DNA of 64,000 nt, taken from the IMG/VR virus record IMGVR_UViG_3300025840_004398; one strand, 5' to 3'. This DNA is from a virus. Its lineage: Duplodnaviria; Caudoviricetes. The position numbers and the translations under genes were made by a program. The notes under the pieces were generated by a model. That model had not been told where the DNA came from. It was given only the letters and a program-made list of their open reading frames with translations, and ran no database searches. The number at the start of each line of letters is the position of its first letter. Position 1 is the first letter of the stretch. This document shows, piece after piece, positions 8,201 to 18,268 of this stretch.

Positions 8201-10816
8201 AATTATTCAACAGAAACATTTACAAGAACAGGAAGTCCATCTTTGGGTGAAAGTGGTAGTGTTAATGTAACATATATAGATTCCGAAGGTCAGGGTAATA
8301 CAATTAATTTAGAATTTTCAGTTGGTGTTTCGAAACAAGGTCGAGATGGTGCTGGAGCCGCTAACATTGAATTTTTTCCACAAAGTCAACAACTTATAGT
8401 AGATATAGATGGAAATTATACACCAGACCCCCCTTCACCTGTAAGTATGTCTGTTATTCAAGGTGGAAGTGAGTACACATATGTTCCTTACGATGGTTCG
8501 TCTGTTACTTCTACTTTATCTAGCAATTCTACATATACAATTACAAATGTTCAAAATGGTCAGTATACATCAAACGGACATATACAACCTTCCTCTCCTA
8601 TTTCTAACTCACCTTATGTTACTTCATTTGGAGTAACGTATAAGGATAATGATGGGAGTATATCGGATACTATTACTAAAAAACATTACATAAACATCGT
8701 TGCTGATGGTTCAACGGGACCTGGTATCGTATTTACCGGTCCTTGGGTGAGTTCACGGGTTTATCAATATGATATATCAAATGGGAGACGAGATGCGGTG
8801 TTATATGGTGGTAGATATTATGCTACTTTACAATCTGGAGCTGGAAACACTCCGGCTCAAGGAGGAACTTCGTATTGGCAAGATTTGGGTACTGAAGATT
8901 TCTTTGTTGCCGCTAAAATTGGTATATTTGAAGAATCATTCATTCAAGAAACCTTAAATATAGGTTCAAACAATAGTGGTGCTTTATCTGCTGCAAATAT
9001 AACACTAAGGGGAGGTACTCAATATCCATATATGTCTATTGGACAGTCTGCAAACGTAGGCTCTCAAGGATATGCGGTGGGTGATGGTATTTTTATAGGA
9101 GCAGATACAGATGGTGCTTATAAAATGTCTATGGAAAATAGTGTTAGTGGAAACTATATAAAATGGACAGGAAGTGAACTAGATATAAGAGGAAAAATAA
9201 CAGCTACCTCCGGACAGATATTATCAGGTGTTACGATTGGTGGTACTGATGTGGATAATCTTCTTTTTGATGGTGATGCAGCTGCAGATGTTAATGCAAA
9301 TACCACAACCATAGAGGGTGATAAGATACGAACCGGTAATATTCAATCGAATTCTTATAGTGGTGTAACAAATGGTAGTGCATTTGCAACTAGTGGAACC
9401 AATATAAATTTAACAGATGGTACGTTTACATCACCTTCTTTTAGAATAGATTCGGTGGGTGATGCATATTTTGCAGGAAATATTTCTGCTGGAGCAAATA
9501 TTACGGGTGCTAGTATTAATGGTGGTACTGTAACAGGTACAACCTTTAGTGGTGCGACGGGTACATTTAGTGGAAACATTACTTCCGATACTGGTAATAT
9601 TGGAGGATGGACAATTGCAGGTAATCAAATTTATAGAACAAATGAAATTTATCTAAATGCAAACAGACCTGCTATTGAGGTTCATGATGGAACTACTATT
9701 CGTGTTGATATAAACTCTGCAGCAGCATTATCTCCAAGAGGTTCAACATCAGCGGGTAGTGTTACTGTAACAGAATCAGGTGGTACTGACCAATACACAG
9801 CATTACAAAGTTTTAGTAACCAATATACCTTTAGTGGAACATTAAATGAAACTTATGATGGAGGTACAATTAGTACATCAGGATTAAGTGGACAAACCTT
9901 AACATTTGCATATGGTGGAATCGATTCCCAAACAAGTACTTCTGATAGAAGTTTACAAGCTTGGTTAGATTTAAATAATATTGGAGGTAATACTTCTACT
10001 TATTACATAACTGTGGGTCAAGCTTATTTTGATGCATATGTAAAACTTGAGTTAGTAGATAGTGGTAATAACATAGCAGCATCTTTTACTCAATATATAT
10101 TTAATGGAACTTCAGCGGATTTGGTGGGTAGTACCCAAGGACAAACTAATGTACAACGAAATATGTATGCTACACCGAGTTCCCTTGGTCCTCAATCAAC
10201 AACTTTTACCGCAAATGGTGGAACTTATACTGTTAGAGCTAGAGTTTATTGTTCTTTTACTGTTGACCTTTATGCAAGTTCATTTAACCCAAGTGGGTAT
10301 ATAGCTGATTTAACAATTGATGTAAAAACGGCAGGATATTCGAACGCACGAGTTTTTAAAGAAGTATCTTATTCTGAATTGAATGGTGGGGGATTACAGG
10401 TTATTAGAACCACTACTGAATTTGTTAAGATGGATAGAACCTCAACTGGTACGATGTTGGAAGTTGGTGGTAATATAACTGCTACTGGTAACATTACCGC
10501 GTATTACTCATCTGATAAAAGATTAAAAGATAATTTAATTCCTATTCAAAATCCATTTGATAAAATAAACAAAATTGGTGGATATGAATTTGATTGGAAG
10601 CCGGAATATGAAGAAGTACATAACTCAAAAGGACATGATGTTGGTGTGATTGCACAAGAAATTGAAACATCAATGCCAGAATTAGTTGGTAAGATGCATG
10701 GTGGGTATATGGGTGTAAAATATGAAAAATTAACTGTATATCTTTTAGAAGCTGTAAAAAATCTAAATAATAGATTGATTGAACTTGAAGAAGAAAATAA
10801 AAAATTAAAAGGATAA
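5252..10816 (+). CDS. Large tail fibre/baseplate-associated protein with C-terminal peptidase S74 intramolecular chaperone
   Basis: 1854 aa, Ser/Thr/Gly-rich beta repeats and IGGWTI fibre motif. C-terminus YSSDKRLKDN...DVGVIAQE...VKYEKL...LEAVKNL plus coiled coil is the S74 autocleaving chaperone pattern. Confidence 0.8.
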   Translation: MAIIKSFASFQNLSNYQVYVNDTESNSEYFRITEFQETFTGGKNGFLIEGSDYLKETTEVKIEILDVEGNPIYFEPGDGIPEYYEGNSKLVSVHVYDDTPIGIGKITILGELKDWNNNGLRSPIPSEWRGIYNVKWERQFNINKNLSNETIVRFYKRPIVSITELVKPIFSKTIETVTDNSSTVTGVPQIPSLNTDISSWRAGTNFKLIRSSGSWDRDVDENIITVSLDDGTTYTPRIIEVLNDREVLVDVPYTEDSLVKSFVSQSYSVTYTDFQNETIGETSLTGSFAKINMTQLKTFVGDVARVKVFRKSRNAVGDFQFVQESKLESSELLRDVTTTSNTELSYGRFDETNLSTYWISSSADHPISVDSSVLSQAVKVDYNDDSGSVQKLITSQSFDISKDVEYTLSFKTLLNGTPSTSKTLKAYFSGSFLNGDGNNSSFTQSFVDIEGTSIYKTRQNISENLLAERTISDVKLVFEFKGDDWYISNASLKNAQDTSFSPDEFTLIQDIPRKTASETFDFRFEFYDINNNYIPVDVTAVGVFDGGNDFPSSGKLLTFESDRNAFRFSSGSIASPINQTIQFKTTQNNLTGSILFTSQAFDVGGNLITSQSYHDSGALVYGSNWTGSYPGLLTNITSAGSLVTISNFSGSLDTQNVPSESIIRVGSIVYTASLENLQEFETVYRLEDGDNAPQLIVTSNANQFIYEPTTLSPKPSGQSITVRAQRKNLASLVTPLTVNSGSIAPLTYVDTVNGIDTYTISALQFSESFHANSFDEVTYSFTGSDVFGNQQTDEITLSKVINFDGVSIVLSNESTAFPANSTGEVVGGFDASSGSVQMYIGGTQIQHDDEIGGRTKNTFNITSSIGTNVTPTDTTPNTSDYSISDFETTKDSGSLLLTIDYLAGDNSTTQSFQKVVSYTKAKKASPTVAAFLSPQSQTIDSGSTVSPITLSVTEGISSLTSVNTNPSSNSSYSASIDNSNWSWNYSTETFTRTGSPSLGESGSVNVTYIDSEGQGNTINLEFSVGVSKQGRDGAGAANIEFFPQSQQLIVDIDGNYTPDPPSPVSMSVIQGGSEYTYVPYDGSSVTSTLSSNSTYTITNVQNGQYTSNGHIQPSSPISNSPYVTSFGVTYKDNDGSISDTITKKHYINIVADGSTGPGIVFTGPWVSSRVYQYDISNGRRDAVLYGGRYYATLQSGAGNTPAQGGTSYWQDLGTEDFFVAAKIGIFEESFIQETLNIGSNNSGALSAANITLRGGTQYPYMSIGQSANVGSQGYAVGDGIFIGADTDGAYKMSMENSVSGNYIKWTGSELDIRGKITATSGQILSGVTIGGTDVDNLLFDGDAAADVNANTTTIEGDKIRTGNIQSNSYSGVTNGSAFATSGTNINLTDGTFTSPSFRIDSVGDAYFAGNISAGANITGASINGGTVTGTTFSGATGTFSGNITSDTGNIGGWTIAGNQIYRTNEIYLNANRPAIEVHDGTTIRVDINSAAALSPRGSTSAGSVTVTESGGTDQYTALQSFSNQYTFSGTLNETYDGGTISTSGLSGQTLTFAYGGIDSQTSTSDRSLQAWLDLNNIGGNTSTYYITVGQAYFDAYVKLELVDSGNNIAASFTQYIFNGTSADLVGSTQGQTNVQRNMYATPSSLGPQSTTFTANGGTYTVRARVYCSFTVDLYASSFNPSGYIADLTIDVKTAGYSNARVFKEVSYSELNGGGLQVIRTTTEFVKMDRTSTGTMLEVGGNITATGNITAYYSSDKRLKDNLIPIQNPFDKINKIGGYEFDWKPEYEEVHNSKGHDVGVIAQEIETSMPELVGKMHGGYMGVKYEKLTVYLLEAVKNLNNRLIELEEENKKLKG

Positions 10817-10819
10817 GAA

Positions 10820-13800
10820 ATGCCATTACCAAGCGAAGGTGAATTGAGTATAAAGGATTTACAACAAGAGGCAACCATACCAGATGGTAATACGAATACT
10901 TTTGTTGAAATGGCAGAAGTATATGATATTGATAACTTCAACGTAAATTCACCTCAGGATATTGTACTTGCCGATGATTTTTATGGAGAAGAAGTAAACC
11001 TAACCGCTACATCTATTACATTAAATCCAACTTTATTAACATTTCCTTCGTCTGGTGGTAATCTTACAACTAATTTGAGTTTAAATGGGTTTGCTTTAAT
11101 GGTTGGTAAACCAGGTTGGTTAACAACAGAAAAAACTTATCTTAAAACATCAGATGCGGGTTCAATACAATTTACGGCAACTGAAAATAGTTTTTTAGGT
11201 GCTTCTCCCAGAAGTAAATCCATTCAGTTTATAGGACAAAGTTCCAATGTTTATGGAACGTTAATTGTATCCCAAAGTGGAAATCCAGTTGAAATATCAT
11301 TAACTCCATCAAATTCACAAACAATTGCAGCCAACACAACAACATTTACTCAAGATGTTACAGTAACAAATCCTTTGGAGGTTTTTGGTTCTGTAACTGG
11401 TAGTGGGTTTACTTTATCTTCACCATCAGTAACTAATCTTGGAAGTACAAGTAGATATCGATTTACTTTAACTCAGAGTGTAAATACAGGTGGTGTTAGA
11501 CAAGCTGAATTAAATTTTGATATTACTGGTTCAAATTTTATACAACAAAGAAGTGTCACACACACCCAATCAGCATTTGCCGCAAATGTAAGTGTATCAC
11601 CTACATCATTTGATTTTAATATTAATGGAGAAACTAAATTATTTGTAGTAACCGCAAATACTGATTGGGAAGTTTTTACAAGTGGAGGTGATTCTACTGC
11701 ATTCGAAACATCCATTACATCAGTTAGTTCTGGATTTTCTACCACAACAAAAAATGGTACAGGTAATGGAACAAATCAAACTTATAATGTTTGGGTAAAG
11801 GTAGGTAATAATAGTGCGGGTGGTACAAATGATAGGAGTACTACATTAGTAGTAAGAGAAAGACCTTGGAGTGGTGGTGGTGCTTTTGGAAATGCATCAT
11901 TAACACAAGATGGAAATCCATTACCATCGTTTACATACGCCAATGCGCAGGTTAGTGGGTTTTCAGTTGCAACTAATGGTGCAGTAACTGCACCTACTTC
12001 TGCTAATGGAACTCCAATATCAGTTACATATAGTACTGGATATAGTAACGGAAGTTTTCCTGCTCCTGTGTCTAGTAATACAACAAGATATGCTTATGTA
12101 AATGCTACTGTTCCTTCTACTGGGTATTCAAATTCCGGTGGTACTGTATCAGGTACTGAATCAGCTACACAATTAGTTCCTCAAGAATTTATAACAATTG
12201 CATCAAGTACAGGTACAGGTGTGTCTGGTCAAGGAGAAAATTTTCAGATTACTGTTGATACTGAAGATTCTTTAAGTACTCAATGGACTGCAGAAATATC
12301 ATATGCAAATCCATCCAATAGTTCTAATTGGGTACAGCTCGCTGCAGGTGCACAGGGAACTGGAGATGGTTATTTTTTCGTAACGGTCTCTGGTAACTAT
12401 TCTGGTCAACCAGGATACAACGGTTCAACACGATATTTTGATATTAGAGTTTATAAGAATAATGATTATTATGGTCTTTTTGATTCTATATCCTTTAGCC
12501 AGTCTACTGGTACACCTCCTGTAGCGAAACCAACATTTTCAGTAACACCTTCTTCTGCTTCTTGGACATACTCTCAATCGGGTACAGGAGCTGCTAAAAT
12601 ATTTACTGCTGCGTATACAGGTGGAAACCCACCAACATCGGTTAGTTTTTATATATCTGGTACTTATTTTGCATTGAAACAATATGACCAAAATGTACCC
12701 TTAGCATTTACTGGACCGCCATGGGTTGCACAGGCAACAAACACAAGTGGTATTTCATCATACAGTGTTCAAGTCTACCCTGTAAATCAAAATAGTAATG
12801 TTGCTGATAATACTGAAAGTATGTCAGTTAGTATGGGTAATTCTGGTGGGAGTAATTCGGTATCGGTTCCTCTTACTCATTCAGGTCAAAGAACATGGAG
12901 TGTATCTCCAACATCAATAACTGTTGATTATTCAACTGGTAATTCTACTGTTACACTAACTACAAATTTAAGTTGGTCAGCTGTTTTAGACCCTGGAAGT
13001 TATTCATCATTTGCGTTGTCGGGTGGTAATAGTCAAACTGGTACAGGTAATAAATCTTTTTTGATTACAAGGGGAACTAATAATAGGTCAGCTGATGTAA
13101 CGGGTACACTAACACTAACCTCAACAACCTCAGGTACCAGCGAATCAACAACAATTAGTTTAACACAAAACCCTGAACCTCCTGATTTGCAGTTAGGAAT
13201 TAACACAAGTACTACTTCTACTACTGCTTTATATCAAATAACCCCCTCAACAAATGGCCAATCATATTCTTTATATGTAAAACACGACCCATCCCGTAGT
13301 GGAACTGTTACTTTTAGTATTACTTATGAAAATAGTCCTCATGTTGGATTGGCTACTTATTCAGCAACAACATCAGGAGCTGGGGGGAATGTGATTACCG
13401 CAACCGTTTCTGGAACGAATGTTATTCGATATCTTAACTTTGCTTCAAACCCAACTAATAGTACCCGAGAGGCGATTACACGAATATCATCTAATATAGC
13501 TTCAAATACAATTCAAATAAATTCATCATATGGTTCGGGTGGTGCTGAGTGTATATTAAAGGGAACAAAAGTAAAATTAGCAGATGGTAGTTTGATTAAC
13601 GTTGAAGAACTTAATATAGGTCAAATCTTATTTAGTAAGTTGGTTGATACGATGCCAATAAAAAATGAAGAGGATGCATTATCTTGGGTATCCGAAGATT
13701 TATCAATATCAGATGATGAAGTTTCTTTAGTTGGAATGACCCTTTATAAAGTTGAAAATATTTATAATTTTAATAGTGGGTTGATAAAAACAACACCCGA

Positions 13801-14023
13801 CCATTTACATTTTGTTAAAAAACAAAATTTATATCAAGTTGTAAAAGCTCAAAGTGTTTTCGTGGGAGATTACCTAATAAAAGAAGATGGTACAGAAGTT
13901 GAAATAATATCGAAAATATTAGAAACAGGATATTATACTGTTTATAAATTAGATGTAGAGGAAAATGATTTATTTATAGCTAATGGATTAATAACACATA
14001 ACGCTAAAGGAATAGAGGTGTAA
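10820..14023 (+). CDS. Virion adhesin-like protein with BACON/Ig-like repeats and C-terminal Hint domain
   Basis: N-terminus MPLPSEGELSIKDL. BACON-like units such as VSVSPTSFDF...VTANTDWEV and WSVSPTSITV...TTNLSWSAV. Hint: CILKGTKVKLADG...TTPDH...VYKLDVE..DLFIANGLITHN. Confidence 0.75.
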   Translation: MPLPSEGELSIKDLQQEATIPDGNTNTFVEMAEVYDIDNFNVNSPQDIVLADDFYGEEVNLTATSITLNPTLLTFPSSGGNLTTNLSLNGFALMVGKPGWLTTEKTYLKTSDAGSIQFTATENSFLGASPRSKSIQFIGQSSNVYGTLIVSQSGNPVEISLTPSNSQTIAANTTTFTQDVTVTNPLEVFGSVTGSGFTLSSPSVTNLGSTSRYRFTLTQSVNTGGVRQAELNFDITGSNFIQQRSVTHTQSAFAANVSVSPTSFDFNINGETKLFVVTANTDWEVFTSGGDSTAFETSITSVSSGFSTTTKNGTGNGTNQTYNVWVKVGNNSAGGTNDRSTTLVVRERPWSGGGAFGNASLTQDGNPLPSFTYANAQVSGFSVATNGAVTAPTSANGTPISVTYSTGYSNGSFPAPVSSNTTRYAYVNATVPSTGYSNSGGTVSGTESATQLVPQEFITIASSTGTGVSGQGENFQITVDTEDSLSTQWTAEISYANPSNSSNWVQLAAGAQGTGDGYFFVTVSGNYSGQPGYNGSTRYFDIRVYKNNDYYGLFDSISFSQSTGTPPVAKPTFSVTPSSASWTYSQSGTGAAKIFTAAYTGGNPPTSVSFYISGTYFALKQYDQNVPLAFTGPPWVAQATNTSGISSYSVQVYPVNQNSNVADNTESMSVSMGNSGGSNSVSVPLTHSGQRTWSVSPTSITVDYSTGNSTVTLTTNLSWSAVLDPGSYSSFALSGGNSQTGTGNKSFLITRGTNNRSADVTGTLTLTSTTSGTSESTTISLTQNPEPPDLQLGINTSTTSTTALYQITPSTNGQSYSLYVKHDPSRSGTVTFSITYENSPHVGLATYSATTSGAGGNVITATVSGTNVIRYLNFASNPTNSTREAITRISSNIASNTIQINSSYGSGGAECILKGTKVKLADGSLINVEELNIGQILFSKLVDTMPIKNEEDALSWVSEDLSISDDEVSLVGMTLYKVENIYNFNSGLIKTTPDHLHFVKKQNLYQVVKAQSVFVGDYLIKEDGTEVEIISKILETGYYTVYKLDVEENDLFIANGLITHNAKGIEV

Positions 14024-14039
14024 AATTTATAATAATATA

Positions 14040-14047
14040 TATTTATA
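14040..14047 (+). promoter_or_regulatory. TATTTATA putative late-promoter motif (head of tailoring cluster)
   Basis: Exact motif 14 nt before ATG 14062. Confidence 0.55.
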
Positions 14048-14061
14048 TAAAAGGTTGTGTA

Positions 14062-15111
14062 ATGGGAAAAGTAATACTAGTAACAACAGGATGTGGTAAT
14101 ACTGTTGTAGGTGGGGCAGATATATGGGTTAATAATTTTTTAAAAGAAGTGTGGACTAAACTTGATAATAAAAAAAATTATAAACTCCTTATAGATTCGA
14201 AAAGACCGAATTCTTTCGAAGAAAAAAGTTTACCAAAAGGAATTGACTTTAATTTTCATCATGAAAATCCTGAAAAAACGGATGAGTGGTGTAAGTCTGC
14301 TTCTTGGATTCACTTCCTACATCCACATTATCATCCACGACCTCACTTACTAAAGTATGAAGATAAATTTGGAATATGCTTTGTTCATGCATATCCAAGA
14401 GATATGAAATCCATTATAAACAATCTACCTGAAATAAGTAAATTACAACTATCTACAAGTGTAGATGAAAAATGGTATGATGAATTTCTTTTAACTTGCA
14501 AGAGAAGAATATGGATTGGGTTGAATTCCAAAACCACATTATTTAAAAATTTTCCAAATTATACATATCTTTTACCTAACTACTATGAGTTTAGAGGACC
14601 TGCATCTCTGACAACAAATGTTTCTAATGGTGCGGTTGGATATGCCGCTAGAATAGAAACAAGAAAGTGTTTTCATTGGATGCATGGAATAAATGAAGGA
14701 TTTGCCTTGACTAGCTCAAGGGATGTTGAAAATTTAAAATCAGTCACTAGATTTACATTTAAAACAACCGATGTTTATGAGTGGAATCCAAATATACACA
14801 AAGCTTTCATGACTAAAAATTGGGGAATTTTTCATGGAGCATATTTTAGAGAACCATTTGGTTATTCTATTTTTGAAGCAGTAGATTATGGAAAAATACC
14901 AATAATAAACACAGATTGGGCACCAGAAGTTGATTACAAATATCGAGCATCAACGAAAAACGAATTTGATAATTCTATTAAACAAATTTTAAAAGATTCT
15001 CAGCAAACTCGTGTAGAAGAAAGAAATAAGTTGATTCAATTTATGAAAAAATTCGATAACAAAAAAGAATGGGTTGACCAAATTCGTTCACAACTTTTAT
15101 CTTTTTATTAA
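14062..15111 (+). CDS. GT-B fold (GT4-like) glycosyltransferase
   Basis: N-terminal GGADIWV loop and C-terminal EPFGYSIFEAVDYGKIPII (ExFG...EA motif). Confidence 0.65.
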   Translation: MGKVILVTTGCGNTVVGGADIWVNNFLKEVWTKLDNKKNYKLLIDSKRPNSFEEKSLPKGIDFNFHHENPEKTDEWCKSASWIHFLHPHYHPRPHLLKYEDKFGICFVHAYPRDMKSIINNLPEISKLQLSTSVDEKWYDEFLLTCKRRIWIGLNSKTTLFKNFPNYTYLLPNYYEFRGPASLTTNVSNGAVGYAARIETRKCFHWMHGINEGFALTSSRDVENLKSVTRFTFKTTDVYEWNPNIHKAFMTKNWGIFHGAYFREPFGYSIFEAVDYGKIPIINTDWAPEVDYKYRASTKNEFDNSIKQILKDSQQTRVEERNKLIQFMKKFDNKKEWVDQIRSQLLSFY

Positions 15112-15139
15112 ATTTATTTACGTTTCATATATTTTTATA

Positions 15140-15147
15140 TATTTATA
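15140..15147 (+). promoter_or_regulatory. TATTTATA putative late-promoter motif
   Basis: Exact motif in the 15112-15191 intergenic region, upstream of a translationally coupled run of genes. Confidence 0.5.
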
Positions 15148-15191
15148 TACAAGGGGGTAGGGGGGTTAGTTATAAGCACTAAAAACAAAAA

Positions 15192-15971
15192 ATGAGTATT
15201 CTTAATAAAGATTTTATAAAAGACTTTATAACCCATAACTTAAGCACTAAGGTTGATTCGAATGGAAAGGAATATACCGAACACACTCCAATCAAGTATA
15301 GATGGACTCATGGTGCAACTGAATATAGTTTGGGTGATGGATTATTAGTTTATTCTGTAATCCACTATCTTCGTGCCAAAGTTTGTGTATGTCTTGGAAG
15401 TGGTGGGGGATTCATTCCAAGAATAATGACTCAATCGAGGTTTGACCTTTTTGATGCAAAAATATTTGAAGGGAACAATGATATAAATTGGGGAGATATA
15501 GGTTCAACTTATTTGGTAGATGCTGATAATGGTGTTGGTGGTTTTACTGATTGGACTGATGAAAATTCTTATTATAGAAAACACTTTGACCCAAGATTAC
15601 TTCTAACAACTACCGAAGAAGCATATTACAACTTTTTCGTAAAAGAAGATATTAAAATTGATTACCTTCACATAGATGCTGGACATACATACGAGGATGT
15701 AAAAAATGATTTTGAATTATATTCTCAATTACTTCAACCACATGGTATAATTTCAATTCACGATACTGATTCATCATTTGAAAAAGAACATATAGTAACC
15801 GCGGATATTAGAGATGGATATCACCAAGAATATGCCGAAGGACCTTCTAAACTAATTAAAGAATTAAAAGAAAATAAAGATTGGGAAGTATTTAACTTTT
15901 TCAATAATGGTATATTTAAAAGTAAACCAGCATCAACAGGTCTAACATTCGTTCAAAGATGCAAAATATAA
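15192..15971 (+). CDS. Class I SAM-dependent methyltransferase (Methyltransf_24-like)
   Basis: Motif I LGSGGG; IDYLHIDAGHTYEDVKNDF...GIISIHD. Confidence 0.8.
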   Translation: MSILNKDFIKDFITHNLSTKVDSNGKEYTEHTPIKYRWTHGATEYSLGDGLLVYSVIHYLRAKVCVCLGSGGGFIPRIMTQSRFDLFDAKIFEGNNDINWGDIGSTYLVDADNGVGGFTDWTDENSYYRKHFDPRLLLTTTEEAYYNFFVKEDIKIDYLHIDAGHTYEDVKNDFELYSQLLQPHGIISIHDTDSSFEKEHIVTADIRDGYHQEYAEGPSKLIKELKENKDWEVFNFFNNGIFKSKPASTGLTFVQRCKI

Positions 15972-16801
15972 ATTTGGTTACAGTTGTAGGACACAATACT
16001 ACACTTCTTCCCCATATGTTAAATCATTATAAAGATATCGTTGATGATATCTATGTTGTTGTTTACAGACAACACGAACTAGATGGTATTTTAGAAGATG
16101 TAATCAATCTTGGTATTGAACCTTACAAAGTAGTTACAGAACCAAAGTTTAATTGGGAACGAGTAACCGAATTATATAACGAAGTTAAACAAACCAAGCC
16201 CGATGAATGGTGGGTGGTTTCGGATGACGATGAGTTCCACATTTACCCCAAACCAATCAGAGAAATGATTAATGAGTGTGAGGAAAATGGTTGGGAGTTT
16301 ATTACAGGTGGATTCCTCGATAGGATAGGAGAGGGGGGAGAGTTTCCTTTAGTAGAAAAGGATACTAATATTTGGGAAAAGTTCCCACTTGCAGGATTTT
16401 TTAGATTTCCTATGAGTGGGGCAATGCCTAACAAATGTTGTATAATGAAAGGTTCAGTTGATGTAACACCAGGTCAACACTTTGCTGTGATTGGTGATAC
16501 CGATACTTGGAGAGAACGAGGATGGAATCATCCTAAAAGATATCCTATTGAAAACGGATTTGTTCAAGTTCACCACTTCAAGTGGGACTCAACTGTTTTA
16601 AAGAGGCTTAAAGAAGTTTCGGAAACAAAAGAAGATTATACATATTGGAAAGAATATCGTAAAATGTATAGAGGGATACAACTAAACGATTGGAAAATTG
16701 ATGTTGATAATCCTGAATTTAGGTTACAAAAAATGATTCGTAAGAATTATAGTGAGTATGGTGAATGGCAAGAACTCACTAATGTTATAATCAATATATG
16801 A
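15959..16801 (+). CDS. GT-A fold (GT2-like) glycosyltransferase
   Basis: WWVVSDDDEF DxD-type motif, GFLDR, NKCCI and late HHFKW, as in Glyco_tranf_2_4-like proteins. Confidence 0.6.
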   Translation: MQNINLVTVVGHNTTLLPHMLNHYKDIVDDIYVVVYRQHELDGILEDVINLGIEPYKVVTEPKFNWERVTELYNEVKQTKPDEWWVVSDDDEFHIYPKPIREMINECEENGWEFITGGFLDRIGEGGEFPLVEKDTNIWEKFPLAGFFRFPMSGAMPNKCCIMKGSVDVTPGQHFAVIGDTDTWRERGWNHPKRYPIENGFVQVHHFKWDSTVLKRLKEVSETKEDYTYWKEYRKMYRGIQLNDWKIDVDNPEFRLQKMIRKNYSEYGEWQELTNVIINI

Positions 16802-18267
16802 AAGATAAATTAGCAATCATACTTCCATTTAGAGATAGACAAGACCACTTGGATGTCTTTGTACCACATATGCACGAGTTCCTCAAAGATAAAGGAATAG
16901 ACTATACTATTTTTATTGCCGAACAAACCGATGATAGACCTTTCAATTATGGTAAACTATGTAATGTAGTTACCAAAGAAATTGGTGAGGAATATACTTA
17001 CTTTGCTTTTCATGATATTGATATGTTACCTATTTCAGATGATTGTGATTATTCGTATCCAGACGAACCAACTCATTTATCAACTAATGTAGAATCACAC
17101 GAGAATAAATTACCTTACCCACAATATTTCGGTGGTGTTGTTTTAATTAATCGAGAAGATTTTGAAAACGCAAATGGGTATTCAAATGAATATTGGGGTT
17201 ATGGTTTTGAAGATTTAGATTTATTGAGAAGATTAGAAAAAAGTGGTGCTTATCTCGAAAAATTTTATGATTCAAATCAAACATATAACGAATATGATGA
17301 GAATGATATTTTACCATATCGTATAGAAAATGTAAAAATTATAAATAAGAAAATAACAAATAAATTACACACAATACAGTTAAATAAAAATGATAGAATT
17401 TATTCGGTTCAAAATAAAAAAATGAAATCATTGACGTCTGGTAGTTTTACTATAACTTTATGGTTTAATGATATAGACAGTGAGCTTAGAGATAAAAATA
17501 TATTTTCATTTGAAGGATGTGATATGGGTGTGTTTTTATCTAATGGGAAGTATATTATATCACAGATTTGGGATAATAAAGAAAATAATTACGAAACATC
17601 TTTACCATATTACAAAGATAAATGGAATTTTATTATATTGTCATATGATAACAAAACAAAAAATCTTACATTATCGTTAAATAACAAATACATTAATACA
17701 TTGGATTTACCATCTAAATTTGAAATATTTGACTACTCCGATAAAAAAATTAAAATATCAGATTTAGAAACTGAAATTCAAATAGCGAATGTCATAATAT
17801 TTGACCAACTATTAGACGATACCATAAAAACTGAATTATACTATAATGGGGTTGAATCTCTATCTAATATAATTGATATTAAAAAAATAGAACCAACAAA
17901 CATAATATTATTTAAATCCACTTATGGTAAAAATTTTTTTATAGATAATGGTAAATATGGAAACCATTTACAGTTTTTTGGAAACCCATCATCCGATACT
18001 TATAGTATTTCACTAACAGATGAATTGTATTTGCCTTTTAGAATTGAAGGTAAATATAAATCACTTTCACACGACAATGACGATAACATTATAGATAGAT
18101 ACTATGAATATAATCCTGATGTTGAAGAAAATGCAGATATTTTCTTTCATGAAGTTTTAACTAATGAGTTGGATTATAAATCAATAGGATTGAATTCATT
18201 AAAATATGAATCAGTAAAAGAAAAAAACGAAGAATTAAATTATATTTCATTTAAAATTGTTACATAA
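16798..18267 (+). CDS. GT7 (beta-1,4-galactosyltransferase-like) glycosyltransferase with LamG/ConA-like insert
   Basis: AIILPFRDR, PFNYGKL, FHDIDMLP, YFGGV, SNEYWGYGFEDLDL; then an insert of about 250 aa; then GKYKSLSH...IGLNSLKY. Confidence 0.8.
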   Translation: MKDKLAIILPFRDRQDHLDVFVPHMHEFLKDKGIDYTIFIAEQTDDRPFNYGKLCNVVTKEIGEEYTYFAFHDIDMLPISDDCDYSYPDEPTHLSTNVESHENKLPYPQYFGGVVLINREDFENANGYSNEYWGYGFEDLDLLRRLEKSGAYLEKFYDSNQTYNEYDENDILPYRIENVKIINKKITNKLHTIQLNKNDRIYSVQNKKMKSLTSGSFTITLWFNDIDSELRDKNIFSFEGCDMGVFLSNGKYIISQIWDNKENNYETSLPYYKDKWNFIILSYDNKTKNLTLSLNNKYINTLDLPSKFEIFDYSDKKIKISDLETEIQIANVIIFDQLLDDTIKTELYYNGVESLSNIIDIKKIEPTNIILFKSTYGKNFFIDNGKYGNHLQFFGNPSSDTYSISLTDELYLPFRIEGKYKSLSHDNDDNIIDRYYEYNPDVEENADIFFHEVLTNELDYKSIGLNSLKYESVKEKNEELNYISFKIVT

Positions 18268-18268
18268 G

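Noticed and set aside
13549-14023. Splicing intein or homing element
   Set aside because: No endonuclease insert, the +1 residue is Ala and only 6 aa of C-extein follow; treated as a cleavage-type Hint domain.
5252-14023. Diversity-generating retroelement target
   Set aside because: No reverse transcriptase and no template/variable repeat pair differing at adenines were seen in the window.
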